From positions 602,193 to 666,192 of the forward strand of contig CAWDDT010000005.1 of the NCBI GenBank assembly GCA_963801165.1: a DNA stretch of 64,000 nucleotides, written 5' to 3'. Below, one piece after another: positions 38,612-48,031 of this stretch (the first letter of the stretch is position 1; each line of letters begins with the position of its first letter). A model generated the notes under the pieces. That model had not been told where the DNA came from. It searched no databases and was given only the letters and a program-made list of their open reading frames with translations. A program made the translations under genes and the position numbers. This DNA is from an uncultured bacterium. GTDB lineage: Bacteria; Actinomycetota; Acidimicrobiia; Spongiisociales; UBA5794.

Positions 38612-40288
38612 CTAGAAGCCTGCCCAGCCACTGACCAGATCGCCGAGCACCCCCAGTGGCACCGGGCCCGACCCGAGCACGACGTCGTGAAAGCCACGGA
38701 TGTCGAACCGGTCGCCCAGCGATTTCTCGGCTTGGCCACGGAGCCGCATGATCTCGCGCCGGCCGATCATGTAGGCCAGCGCCTGACCGGGCATCCCGAT
38801 GTAGCGCTCTATCTCGCTCTCGATGTTGTTGAGCGCCAGCGGCGAGTTGGCGACCAGATAGTCGATCGCCTCCTGCTTGGACCATCCGAGGGCGTGCATC
38901 CCGGTATCGACGACGAGCCGACCCGCCCGCCACGAGTCGAACGACAGCATCCCCATCCTCGTCAGCGGAGTGCTGTAGAGACCCATCTCGTCGGCGAGCC
39001 GCTCGGTGTAGAGACCCCAGCCTTCGACGTAGACGGTCATCAGGGCGTGTTTGCGGAACTCGGGGATCCCCTCGAGCTCCTGGGCTATGGCGATCTGCAG
39101 GTGATGCCCCGGGATTGATTCGTGAAACGCCAATACCTCGGACTCGAACCGGGTGCGTGTGGTCGGCTCGGTGGTGTTGATGAAGTACGTCCCTGGTCGG
39201 GAGCCGTCGGTTGCCGGTGGCAGGTAGTAGGCGATCGGCGAGTCCTTGGCGGCCTGCTCGGGGATCTCGGCCATCACACAATCGGCTCGAGGTAGCCGGC
39301 CAAACCAATCCGGGATCGCCGCCCGGGCCCGGTCCATTGCCTCCTGCGCGGCCGTTACCACTTGCTCGCCGTCGGCGAACCTCAGATCGGGGTCGTTGCG
39401 CAGCCGGTCGTAGATCTCGGCGAGGTCGGTTGTCCCCAGCACCGCTTTGCCCATCTCCTGATACTCGTCCTCGAGCCGGGCGATCTCCTCGAGCCCGATG
39501 TTGTGGATTTCTAGCGGTGTCAGGTCGAGCGACGTATAGCGGCGGATCGCCCGGGCGTACACCTCCTCACCGTCTGCAAGCCACCGCACCCCCGCCTTCT
39601 CCCCGGGCCGCGCCATCGGGGCGACCGCGGCGACGAGCTCATGGTGGTACCGCTCGTAGGCGGGACGGATCACATCGACGACCTGGCGGACCAGCTGGTC
39701 GCGCCAAGCCTCGATCTGGTCGTGCGTGAACGAGGGCGGTGCCGGCACAGTCACGAACGGGTCGTCGGTGATCGGCGTCGCCAGGTACTGATCGATCTGG
39801 ACGATGCTCTTCTCGACTGACGAGATCGGTGGGGTGCGGTCCCGGGCTACCCCCTGCCGGAGCCGGTGGATCAGCTGATCGATGGTGTGGCCGACCTTCG
39901 ACCACTTGACCACGAGCGCCTCAGCGTGCGCCCGCTCCGTCAGCGGGAACTGCCCGGCAAACTGGGGTAGCTCGATATGAAAACCCCAACTCGGGCTGAC
40001 GTCGAACTCGGCGGTGCGGGACCGGAGCTCGTTGGCGTGGCCGGTGGCCTCCTCGATCAAGACCTGCTTTGTGATGCGCTCGTCGGCGGTGAGACCTCCG
40101 TCGGGGATGGCGCTCGCCGCGGCCGCGAAACCGGAGATCCGCTCGATCTGTTCATCCTCAGCCTGTCTGCTGAACTGCTCCATCTCCTGGTCGTAGCGAT
40201 GGTCGCCGAGCAGCAGGGCCGATGTGGGTGAGGTGCTCAGCACGTAGTCCCAATAGTCCCCGGCGAGTTTGTCGAGTTCCTGGTTCAC
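38612..40288 (-). CDS. DUF885-family protein (putative metallopeptidase)
   Basis: HESIPGHHLQ, EGWGLYTE, RLVVDTGMH, PGQALAY. Confidence 0.9.
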   Translation of the reverse strand: MNQELDKLAGDYWDYVLSTSPTSALLLGDHRYDQEMEQFSRQAEDEQIERISGFAAAASAIPDGGLTADERITKQVLIEEATGHANELRSRTAEFDVSPSWGFHIELPQFAGQFPLTERAHAEALVVKWSKVGHTIDQLIHRLRQGVARDRTPPISSVEKSIVQIDQYLATPITDDPFVTVPAPPSFTHDQIEAWRDQLVRQVVDVIRPAYERYHHELVAAVAPMARPGEKAGVRWLADGEEVYARAIRRYTSLDLTPLEIHNIGLEEIARLEDEYQEMGKAVLGTTDLAEIYDRLRNDPDLRFADGEQVVTAAQEAMDRARAAIPDWFGRLPRADCVMAEIPEQAAKDSPIAYYLPPATDGSRPGTYFINTTEPTTRTRFESEVLAFHESIPGHHLQIAIAQELEGIPEFRKHALMTVYVEGWGLYTERLADEMGLYSTPLTRMGMLSFDSWRAGRLVVDTGMHALGWSKQEAIDYLVANSPLALNNIESEIERYIGMPGQALAYMIGRREIMRLRGQAEKSLGDRFDIRGFHDVVLGSGPVPLGVLGDLVSGWAGF

Positions 40289-40299
40289 GCTCGCATCCC

Positions 40300-40731
40300 T
40301 CAATCCTCGACGATAAGACGCAGCATTGTGTCTGGATCCTCCAGCAGATCGAGCAACGCCCTGCCGTATGCCTCTGCGGGGTCGGTGGCGTAGTAGGTCT
40401 TGCGCCGGGCGTCGACGATGACCTCGCACCGGTAGCCATCCGCCGTCCGCTGCAGATTATCGAAGGCCCTCCCCAACCTATCGCGGAGCTGTGCCTCGGA
40501 GGGGAGCCAGATGACCTCGTGTTGCAGGATGGAGTCGAGCGCCCACTCGACCGACCCGTTGAACATGATCCGCCGCCCCTCCGCCAGCCGGCGCACCTCG
40601 ATGGTCATCTCGCTGATCGAGAAGACGTGGTCTTCGAGATCGCGGTCGGGGATCATGAACCGGTCACCCTCGGTTGGCAGCCATTCCAGCCCGGCGTCAC
40701 GCAATTTGCGAGCCAATTCGATCGAGATCAT
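40300..40731 (-). CDS. Conserved actinobacterial hypothetical protein
   Basis: LA..LR.AGL.W.P..GDRF, FNG..EWALDS, WLP.E.QLR. Confidence 0.75.
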   Translation of the reverse strand: MISIELARKLRDAGLEWLPTEGDRFMIPDRDLEDHVFSISEMTIEVRRLAEGRRIMFNGSVEWALDSILQHEVIWLPSEAQLRDRLGRAFDNLQRTADGYRCEVIVDARRKTYYATDPAEAYGRALLDLLEDPDTMLRLIVED

Positions 40732-40835
40732 TCCGGCAGTCTGCCACGACGCCGGCGCAGGGGGAGACGGTGCCCTCTGGCAGACACCCTTGACACCCCG
40801 CCGGCGGTGTGCCAGAGTCCCGCCCCAACAACGCG

Positions 40836-40915
40836 CTCATCAAGAGCGGTGGAGGGACAGGCCCTGTGAAGCCGCGGCAACCGAGATAGCTTGGTGCCAA
40901 TGCCTGATCGATGAG
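40836..40915 (+). ncRNA. SAM-I riboswitch (compact, no P4)
   Basis: CTCATCAAGAG..GGAGGGACAGGCCC..TGAAGCC..GGCAACC...GGTGCCAA...GATGAG upstream of the metY operon. Confidence 0.9.
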
Positions 40916-40984
40916 ACTGCCAACGGCGGGCCTTCCGTCTGTGGCGCTCACAGCGAGCGCGCCATAGCAAAAGAGGAGCCGCCG

Positions 40985-41110
40985 ATGAAGTTGTTGATCC
41001 ACCGACCGAAGGGGACGCGGCGCGTCTCCATCGGTTCCTCAGTGCGCTTGTCCATGGCCATGTCGTGCTCTCGGGTGGCCCACCCGAGCGCAGCCGGTCT
41101 GTGCTCGTAG
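40985..41110 (+). CDS. Putative 41-aa leader peptide (Met/Cys in C-terminal half)
   Basis: RBS AAAGAGGAG; MKLLIHRPKGTRRVSIGSSVRLSMAMSCSRVAHPSAAGLCS. Confidence 0.35.
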   Translation: MKLLIHRPKGTRRVSIGSSVRLSMAMSCSRVAHPSAAGLCS

Positions 41111-41201
41111 GGAACGCCACCACCCGAGAGGTCGGCCGGCGTTCCCACAACCAACGGCACACCATCCGGACCAACAGCGTCCGGAGAGCAAAGGAACCGA
41201 C

Positions 41202-41726
41202 ATGACTACAGACATCAAGACCACCGTCAACGACGTTGATCTAGCCGCGGTAGGCGCGCTTGCCCAGGCCATCCAGGAGACACCGGAGAAGGGCCAAACG
41301 GTGTGGAATGCCGAGGTGACCTGGAAAGGCGCCTTCCTGTCCGAGGTGAAGATCCGGGACTTCGACCCGATCCCGTCGGACGAGCCGCCCAGCCTCGGGG
41401 GCACCGACACCGCGCCCAACCCTGTCGAGCAACTGCTCGGCGCACTCGGAAACTGCTTGGCCGTCGGGTACGCGGCGAACGCCTCTGCGGCAGGAATCAC
41501 GATCAACGATCTGAGGATCAACCTGTCGGGCGATCTCGACCTGCACACGTTCCTCGGTTTGCGGCCGGGACACGCCGGCTACGACCAGGTATCGGTCGAG
41601 GTCCATCTCGATGCAGACGCCACGAAGGACCAGATTGCCGAACTCCACCGCAAGGTGACCGAGACGTCTCCTGTCGGTGACACGTTCAGCAACCGGGTCC
41701 CGGTACGAATCGAGCTTGCGAGCTGA
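41202..41726 (+). CDS. OsmC/Ohr-like family protein
   Basis: DEPPSLGGTDTAPNPVEQLLGALGNC...SPV; one Cys only. Confidence 0.85.
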   Translation: MTTDIKTTVNDVDLAAVGALAQAIQETPEKGQTVWNAEVTWKGAFLSEVKIRDFDPIPSDEPPSLGGTDTAPNPVEQLLGALGNCLAVGYAANASAAGITINDLRINLSGDLDLHTFLGLRPGHAGYDQVSVEVHLDADATKDQIAELHRKVTETSPVGDTFSNRVPVRIELAS

Positions 41727-41791
41727 GGGAGGGATGAGCGACCGGCGCCGCCCTCGTGGCGGCGCCGGTACTCTGCCAGACCGGAGGAGAT

Positions 41792-43093
41792 GTGACCGAC
41801 GAGCACGACTTCGGCTTTGCCACCCGAGCGATCCATGCCGGGCAGCGGCCCGACCCGGAGACCGGGGCGAGAGCAATGCCGATCTACGCCACCACGTCGT
41901 TCGTGTTCGACGACGTCCAGCACGCCGCCGACCTCTTCTCGCTGCAGAGCTTCGGCAACATCTACTCCCGAATCGGCAACCCGACGACCGCAGCGTTCGA
42001 AGAGCGGATGGCTTCGCTCGAAGGTGGCATCGGGGCGCTGGCCACCGCATCGGGTCAGGCCGCCCAGCTCATCAGTGTCCTCACCCTGGCCCGGGACGGG
42101 GACGGGATCGTCGCCTCCCGATCCCTGTACGGGGGGACGTACACGCAGTTCGATGTGACCCTGCGTCGCATGGGCATCGACGTGACATTCGTCGACATCC
42201 ACGATCCGGCCGCCATCGAGGCTGCCATCGGCCCGAACACCAAAGCTGTCTACGCCGAGACGATCGGCAACCCCCGTGCGGACGTGCTCGACATCGCAGG
42301 CGTAGCCGTCATCGCGCACGGGCACGGGCTACCGCTAATGGTCGACAACACCTTCGCTACGCCGTATCTGTGCCGTCCCTTCGAGCACGGAGCCGACATC
42401 GTCACCCACTCGGCCACCAAGTTCATCGGCGGCCACGGGGCCGTGATCGGTGGCTGCATCGTAGAGAGCGGCGAATTTCCCTGGGACAACGGCAACTTCC
42501 CGTTGATTACCGAACCATCGCCCGCCTATCACGACCTCAGGTTCTGGGAGAACTTCCGCGAGTACGCCTACCTGATGAAGGCGCGCACCGAGTTGCTCCG
42601 TGACGTCGGGGCGGCACCGTCCCCGTTCAACTCGTTCCTCATGTTGCTCGGGCTGGAGACCCTGCCGCTACGGATGCGCCAGCACGTCGCCAATGCGAAG
42701 GCCGTCGCAGAGTTTCTCGACTCGCATCCGGCAGTGGCCTGGGTGAGCTTCCCCATCTTCGACGGCAACCCGTGGACCGAGCGGGCTAAGCGATACACGC
42801 CCGAAGGCCCCGGCGCCATCTTCACGTTCGGGTTGCGTGGCGGGTACGACGCCGGGGTGACGTTCATCGAGAGCGTGGAGTTGGCGAGCCACCTTGCCAA
42901 CGTCGGCGACGCCAAGACTCTGGTCATCCACCCGGCATCGACGACCCACCAGCAGGTCCCGCCCGAGGACCGGGAGGCGATGGGCATCGGTGACGACATG
43001 ATCCGGATTTCTGTGGGCATAGAGGACATCGAGGACATAATCTGGGATCTCGACCAGGCGTTGCAGGCGGTGCCCGATCGTGGTGGAGCATGA
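41792..43093 (+). CDS. metY: O-acetylhomoserine aminocarboxypropyltransferase (sulfhydrylase)
   Basis: YSRIGNPT, DNTFATP, HSATKFIGGHG, HLANVGDAK; RBS GGAGGAG. Confidence 0.92.
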   Translation: MTDEHDFGFATRAIHAGQRPDPETGARAMPIYATTSFVFDDVQHAADLFSLQSFGNIYSRIGNPTTAAFEERMASLEGGIGALATASGQAAQLISVLTLARDGDGIVASRSLYGGTYTQFDVTLRRMGIDVTFVDIHDPAAIEAAIGPNTKAVYAETIGNPRADVLDIAGVAVIAHGHGLPLMVDNTFATPYLCRPFEHGADIVTHSATKFIGGHGAVIGGCIVESGEFPWDNGNFPLITEPSPAYHDLRFWENFREYAYLMKARTELLRDVGAAPSPFNSFLMLLGLETLPLRMRQHVANAKAVAEFLDSHPAVAWVSFPIFDGNPWTERAKRYTPEGPGAIFTFGLRGGYDAGVTFIESVELASHLANVGDAKTLVIHPASTTHQQVPPEDREAMGIGDDMIRISVGIEDIEDIIWDLDQALQAVPDRGGA

Positions 43094-43569
43094 CCGTCGT
43101 TGCCGACGCCACGGCGCGAGAGCGGCTCGCCATCATCAGAGGCGCCGAGTCGGTGGCGCTGGTGGGGGTGTCGGCCAGCCCGATTCGCTCCTCCAACTTC
43201 GTGGCTGCCTACCTGGTGCGGACGCCGTATCGGGTATACCCGGTGAATCCGGCCTACGAGGAGGTGCTCGGGGTGAGGTGTTACCCGACGCTGCGCGATC
43301 TTCCCGAAGTGCCCGACGTCGTCGACATCTTTCGCCGCCCTGAGGCGATCCCGGAGGTGGTGGAGGAAGCAATCGAGGTGGGAGCCAAGACCGTGTGGTT
43401 CCAGCTCGGTCTGCGCAACGAGGAGGCGGCCGACCGGGCGCGGGAGGCTGGGCTCAACGTCGTCCAGGACCGTTGTCTCAAGATAGAGCACGCTCGCTGG
43501 CACGGTGGCCTGCATCTTGCCGGTTTCGACACGGGCGTGGTCACGTCCAAGAGACGCCGCCCGATCTGA
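43090..43569 (+). CDS. CoA-binding protein (YccU-like)
   Basis: VALVGVS, YPVNP, DVVDIFRR, VWFQLG, DRCLKIEH. Confidence 0.9.
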   Translation: MTVVADATARERLAIIRGAESVALVGVSASPIRSSNFVAAYLVRTPYRVYPVNPAYEEVLGVRCYPTLRDLPEVPDVVDIFRRPEAIPEVVEEAIEVGAKTVWFQLGLRNEEAADRAREAGLNVVQDRCLKIEHARWHGGLHLAGFDTGVVTSKRRRPI

Positions 43570-43604
43570 TCCGACGGTTTCTCGGGTGGCGACCACCGCT
43601 CGTC

Positions 43605-44050
43605 CTTCCCCCCTCGGACGGCCCGGGGGGCCGTCCGATCCCCCCGAGATGGGGGGATCACTGTTTGTTTCCAGTGGTGGCGCCGGTGGTGACTCTCCTC
43701 TGGCGGGAGGTGAGGGGCGACGGCGGCCGCTGCTTGTTCTTCCCCTCTCGGACGGCCCGGGGGGCCGTCCGATCCCCCCGAGATGGGGGGATCACTGTTT
43801 GTTTCCAGTGGTGGCGCCGGTGGTGACTCTCCTCTGGCGGGAGGTGAGGGGCGACGGCGGCCGCTGCTTGTTCTTCCCCTCTCGGACGGCCCGGGGGGCG
43901 GTCCGATCCCCCCGAGATGGGGGGATCACTGTTTGTTTCCAGTGGTGGCGCGGTAGTGACCCTCCCCTTGCGGGAGGGTCGAGGGAGCGCTCGCCGCAGG
44001 CGAGTGGCGACCGAGGGGAGGGAAGGCGCGACGGCGGCCGCTGCTTGTCC
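43605..44050 (-). repeat. About three tandem 134-bp units containing the same REP-like element as 23174-23571, in reverse orientation
   Basis: CTCGGACG recurs at 43613, 43747 and 43881; units almost identical. Confidence 0.9.
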
Positions 44051-44079
44051 TGCCCACCTCGTCCGGCTGCGCGCCGTCG

Positions 44080-45393
44080 TCAGTCCGCTGGCTCGTCTTC
44101 CGGCTCCAGACCTAGTCGCTTGGCCGAATCGAGGATCGGCTCGAGGTCGCTAGCAGAGAACGCAGCATGTTTTGCCAGATCAACCGCCAGCTCGGCTTGT
44201 CGTCGTAGCTCAACGGTTCGTGACTCGTGATTGTCGGCGATCAACTCTTCCACCAAACCGCCGAGCACGTCGATCAACACTGCGAGGACGACCGGCTGGT
44301 TGGCTGCCGCCAGGCGAAGCTCGGCGAAGGCGCTGCGGACGCGGTCGGAGCGTGACGGTGTCTCGGGTAAGAAGACCCGCTGCCGTCGTGGCCCTGCGTA
44401 GACCCGCTGGGGAGGGTCGAGAGTGAGGATCTCGCGCAGCGGTCTCTTGAGGTGCTGGATGACGTCCATGGCCGTCGTGGGGTCGTTGACCGCCGGCGAG
44501 AGCGCCCGGAGACCGATGTCGACCAGCTGGCGGATGCCATACCCGGGGTCCCGGCTCGAGGTACGGCTGCGACCGAGCCTGACCGACCGTTGCACTGAGC
44601 GGGACACCGACGCACTATCGCCGTCGAGCCACACAGTCGCCAGAAGGTCGCCGGCGAAGACCGCCTCCCCCAGCTTTACCTCGATGCGGGCCAGCGAATC
44701 GGCGGGCAACCGTTGGGCGAGCAGTGCCGAGTGGATGTCGAGGACCCACCCGGATCTGGTCGACTCCACCCTGATCGGTTGTGCGTCCGGTTGGCTAAGT
44801 GCCTCCATGTCGACGTCGGCCCCTTTGACCCGATCCTGGTGACGGACCGCGCCTGCGGACCACTCGGCGATTCGCCGCACGACCGCATCGATCCGCATCC
44901 GTTTCAACGAGTGGTCGAGATAGGCGACGATTGCCACGGCGGATGCTATGCCGAGCAACAGCACGATGGTCACCGACAGGCTCGGGTGCGGAAGGTCATC
45001 GGCGTACGCGACACCGGAGAGATCGGCCAGGACCAGTAGAGAGAAGACGAAAGTGCCGATGATGAGCCCGATGACGAACTTCTGAAACCGGTCCTCGACA
45101 AACCCGGCTACGGCACGCGGCGAATACTGCGTTGCCGCGATTTGGCTCGACAGGGCTGTGATGGAGAAGACGAAGGCAGCGACAGTGATGGTGGCTCCGG
45201 CGACCGAAGCGGTGATAGCTCGCCCGCCCGCAACGGAGATCGACAGCAGCCAATCGCCGCTGATCGGCTTGTCTCCGCCGTGGTCGAGGATCGTTGTCAC
45301 GCGCGCTACCGCGATCGAGACGGCGACGATGACCAGCGGAACGACGTACAGGTTGTCGCGAAGTCGCTGAACGATGGTGCGGAATGACCCCAT
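44080..45393 (-). CDS. DUF2254-family membrane protein
   Basis: QYSPR, DP.YGIRQLVDIGLRALSPAVNDPTTA. Confidence 0.88.
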   Translation of the reverse strand: MGSFRTIVQRLRDNLYVVPLVIVAVSIAVARVTTILDHGGDKPISGDWLLSISVAGGRAITASVAGATITVAAFVFSITALSSQIAATQYSPRAVAGFVEDRFQKFVIGLIIGTFVFSLLVLADLSGVAYADDLPHPSLSVTIVLLLGIASAVAIVAYLDHSLKRMRIDAVVRRIAEWSAGAVRHQDRVKGADVDMEALSQPDAQPIRVESTRSGWVLDIHSALLAQRLPADSLARIEVKLGEAVFAGDLLATVWLDGDSASVSRSVQRSVRLGRSRTSSRDPGYGIRQLVDIGLRALSPAVNDPTTAMDVIQHLKRPLREILTLDPPQRVYAGPRRQRVFLPETPSRSDRVRSAFAELRLAAANQPVVLAVLIDVLGGLVEELIADNHESRTVELRRQAELAVDLAKHAAFSASDLEPILDSAKRLGLEPEDEPAD

Positions 45394-45419
45394 TGTGGTG
45401 AGTCTAAGGAGTCCTGTGA

Positions 45420-47912
45420 TCAGGTGTCTGTGATGGCGCGGTGGAGGAAGGCGGCCATTTGGGCTCGGGTGACGTTCTGGTTGGGACAGTAGAGGGTGTT
45501 GTTCGTTGGGTTGCAGCCACGGGTGATTCCGGCGGTGGCCAGCCGATCGATTGCGGTTTCGAATGGTGACCCGTCGTCGTCTGTGAACAGATCGGGTGTG
45601 ATCGGGTCGGGTAGCTCGAGCGCCCGATCCAGGAACGCAGCCATCTGCCCTCTTGTGACGTACTGGTCGGGACAGTACCGGTCGTTGGTTGGCGGGTTGC
45701 AGCCTCTGGTAATAGCGGTGCCCGCCAGCCATTCGATGTCGCGGGAGAAAACCGAGTCTGTCGTATCGGTGAAGTTGGTGGTTCCCGCCGGGGTGAGAGT
45801 GCCGGCGAGAGCTCGGTGCAAGAAGGCTGCCATCTGCCCTCTTGTGACGTACTGGTCGGGACAGTACCGGTCGTTGGTTGGCGGGTTGCAGCCTTTGGTG
45901 ATTCCGGTTGCGGAGAGCCAGGTGATGTCGTCATAGAACACGCTGGTGTCTGGCACATCGCCAAAGTCGGGGGGACCGGGCAAGATCGGCGGCACCGTCG
46001 TCGTAGTCGTCGTGGGCGGCACGGTGGTAGTCGTTGTTGTTGTGGTCGTGATAGTCGTTGTCGTCGTGGTGGTGGTCGTTGTTGTTGTCCTGGTGGTGGT
46101 GGTGGTCGTGGCCTCGTCGACGTCGATGACATCGACCGTGACCGTGACGCTGGCGGTGACCAGACCGTCGCTGACCTCGACGGTCAGGATGTGCTGGATG
46201 GCCGCCTCGTAATCGAGCGGCACCGTTGTGGCGAGCTGGCCCGCTCCGTCGATGCTGAATAGACCCAGGTCGTCCACGAGGCTGAATGTCAGTGGATCTC
46301 CGTCGGGATCGCTAGCCGCCACCGTCCCCACCGCAGTTCCGGCGGGCTCATTCTCCACAACAGACCACTCCGCATCCGAGATCTCCGGGTAGCGGGTTAG
46401 CAGCGTCGAATATGTGGACCGGCCCGTCCCATCGGGGTCTGCTGCATAAACGACGTGCGATGAGTCGGGAGAAATGGCGATACCGGAGAGACCGCCATTC
46501 TCTATGGGGATTACTTCCACGTTGTCCATCAACTGGAAAGACGTGCCGTCGCCGTCGCGTGGCACAGCCCGGAGCTCGGCGTCTACCTCATACAAGAACC
46601 AGCGCGAGTTTGGAGACATGTACAGGTAGTCCTCGGGTCCCAGGAAGGCGTCATGGCCGAGGAGGAATGCACCCGGTCGTGGCTCGAGAACGCCACCACC
46701 AACCGGGATTGTGTTCAGCTGTGCTCCACTCAGATCGTCAGCGTTTTGCCATAGCCACACGAGAGAAGAATCGGGCGAGAGCAGTGCGGCGCCCCGGCTG
46801 CCCAGCTCGATCGGCTCACCGCCGTCGAGGGGGTAGGCCGTTACGTTGGGGCTCGCCGATATCAACGTCGACGAGTCGTCGGTAATGCCGACGAGCTCGA
46901 GAGCGTCGGAGATCTCGGTGGAAGGACCACCGCTGAGCGGAACGAGATACCAGACGGGAACGGAGCCGTCGTCGGAGATCCCGTAGACCACACCCGACGA
47001 ATCGGGCAGGAGCATGATGGTGTCTACGACCGACTCCCCAGTCGCCAGCTCGCGGTTGAGCTTGACGGCACCACCATCCGCAATTGACGTTGCGTAGAGT
47101 TCTAGCGCGTCAAGCGTGTCGTGATCGGCGAGATAGACAATGTACGACGAATCCGGAGAGAACCAGTGCGTCAGTTGGCTTGCGGGGCTATCTCCGGTGA
47201 CCTTGGTTGGCGTACCGCCGGACGCTGGGACAGTCCAGATATCCCGATACGTGTCGTAGTAGAAGAGCCAATCAGGGTCAGTTGTGAAGAAATCCCAGTC
47301 CCAGACAGGCGATCCGGTTTGCTGGGGGCCGACGACGAGCAAGGGCTGTACAGGAGTCTCGATATTTACGACGTCGGTGCCATCGAGCCGAACGGTGTAG
47401 AGGCCGCCTTCGGTCTCGCTGTACCAGATGAAAGCAAGCCGTGCTCCGTCCGGGGCGAGATCGGGGTTCCAGACGACATCATCGGCTTGAATCCATGGAG
47501 TCACTGGAGTCACCGGGCCGCCGACAATCGGAACCGCGTACAGGGCCCGGCCGAGGTAGTCATCGGATCCATCGTGAGGGCCCTGGGCGAAGACGACCGT
47601 GGCACCGTCGGGCGTGATCTCGAACCAGGTGACCGCATCTTCGGATGTTCCGAGCTCGGGGCTCAGTCGATGCGGAGGCTCGCTTCCGTCGAGCGGGACC
47701 GCATATAGCTCATCGCCCGGGGTGTCGTCGTTGTCGACGAGGTCTACCCAGTACTTGGAGTCTGGAGAGAACTGTCCATATATCCAGCTCTGATCCAGCT
47801 GCACGGTGAGCGGTGTGGTTGCCGGCGGGGTATCGCCGGCCGCGGTGGATACGGGAGCCGCAGTAAGCGCCAGTGCCACCGACACCACCAGACCGGCTCT
47901 ACAAATCCTCAA
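45420..47912 (-). CDS. Surface protein: TolB-like beta-propeller, cadherin domain, Thr-rich linker, three SLH domains
   Basis: Signal peptide; repeated SPDS/TPDG..LY.VP..GG; ENEPAGT.VG...DPD...LDYE; GIT.GCNP...VTRGQMAAFL x3. Confidence 0.85.
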   Translation of the reverse strand: MRICRAGLVVSVALALTAAPVSTAAGDTPPATTPLTVQLDQSWIYGQFSPDSKYWVDLVDNDDTPGDELYAVPLDGSEPPHRLSPELGTSEDAVTWFEITPDGATVVFAQGPHDGSDDYLGRALYAVPIVGGPVTPVTPWIQADDVVWNPDLAPDGARLAFIWYSETEGGLYTVRLDGTDVVNIETPVQPLLVVGPQQTGSPVWDWDFFTTDPDWLFYYDTYRDIWTVPASGGTPTKVTGDSPASQLTHWFSPDSSYIVYLADHDTLDALELYATSIADGGAVKLNRELATGESVVDTIMLLPDSSGVVYGISDDGSVPVWYLVPLSGGPSTEISDALELVGITDDSSTLISASPNVTAYPLDGGEPIELGSRGAALLSPDSSLVWLWQNADDLSGAQLNTIPVGGGVLEPRPGAFLLGHDAFLGPEDYLYMSPNSRWFLYEVDAELRAVPRDGDGTSFQLMDNVEVIPIENGGLSGIAISPDSSHVVYAADPDGTGRSTYSTLLTRYPEISDAEWSVVENEPAGTAVGTVAASDPDGDPLTFSLVDDLGLFSIDGAGQLATTVPLDYEAAIQHILTVEVSDGLVTASVTVTVDVIDVDEATTTTTTRTTTTTTTTTTTTITTTTTTTTTVPPTTTTTTVPPILPGPPDFGDVPDTSVFYDDITWLSATGITKGCNPPTNDRYCPDQYVTRGQMAAFLHRALAGTLTPAGTTNFTDTTDSVFSRDIEWLAGTAITRGCNPPTNDRYCPDQYVTRGQMAAFLDRALELPDPITPDLFTDDDGSPFETAIDRLATAGITRGCNPTNNTLYCPNQNVTRAQMAAFLHRAITDT

Positions 47913-48031
47913 CCCTTGTACTCCACTTTGACGGTCTCGATGCTAGGGACAGGGTGTCGGGAAACGGAAAACGAGAAGATGACACCCAACCCAGCGTCGG
48001 CCAGCCCCCGGCGGATCGCATGAGTTGGCGG

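Noticed and set aside
40300-40731. Labelling as pilus assembly protein CpaE
   Set aside because: No receiver or ATPase motifs and no tad genes nearby; left as hypothetical
40836-40945. SAM-I/IV or SAM-IV classification
   Set aside because: The SAM-I type L2 pseudoknot is retained and no convincing second pseudoknot was found by eye
43505-44230. 241-aa and overlapping ORFs with repeated peptide motifs
   Set aside because: They are translations of the 134-bp DNA tandem repeat
45946-46212. Poly-Val plus-strand ORF
   Set aside because: Antisense reading of the Thr-rich linker
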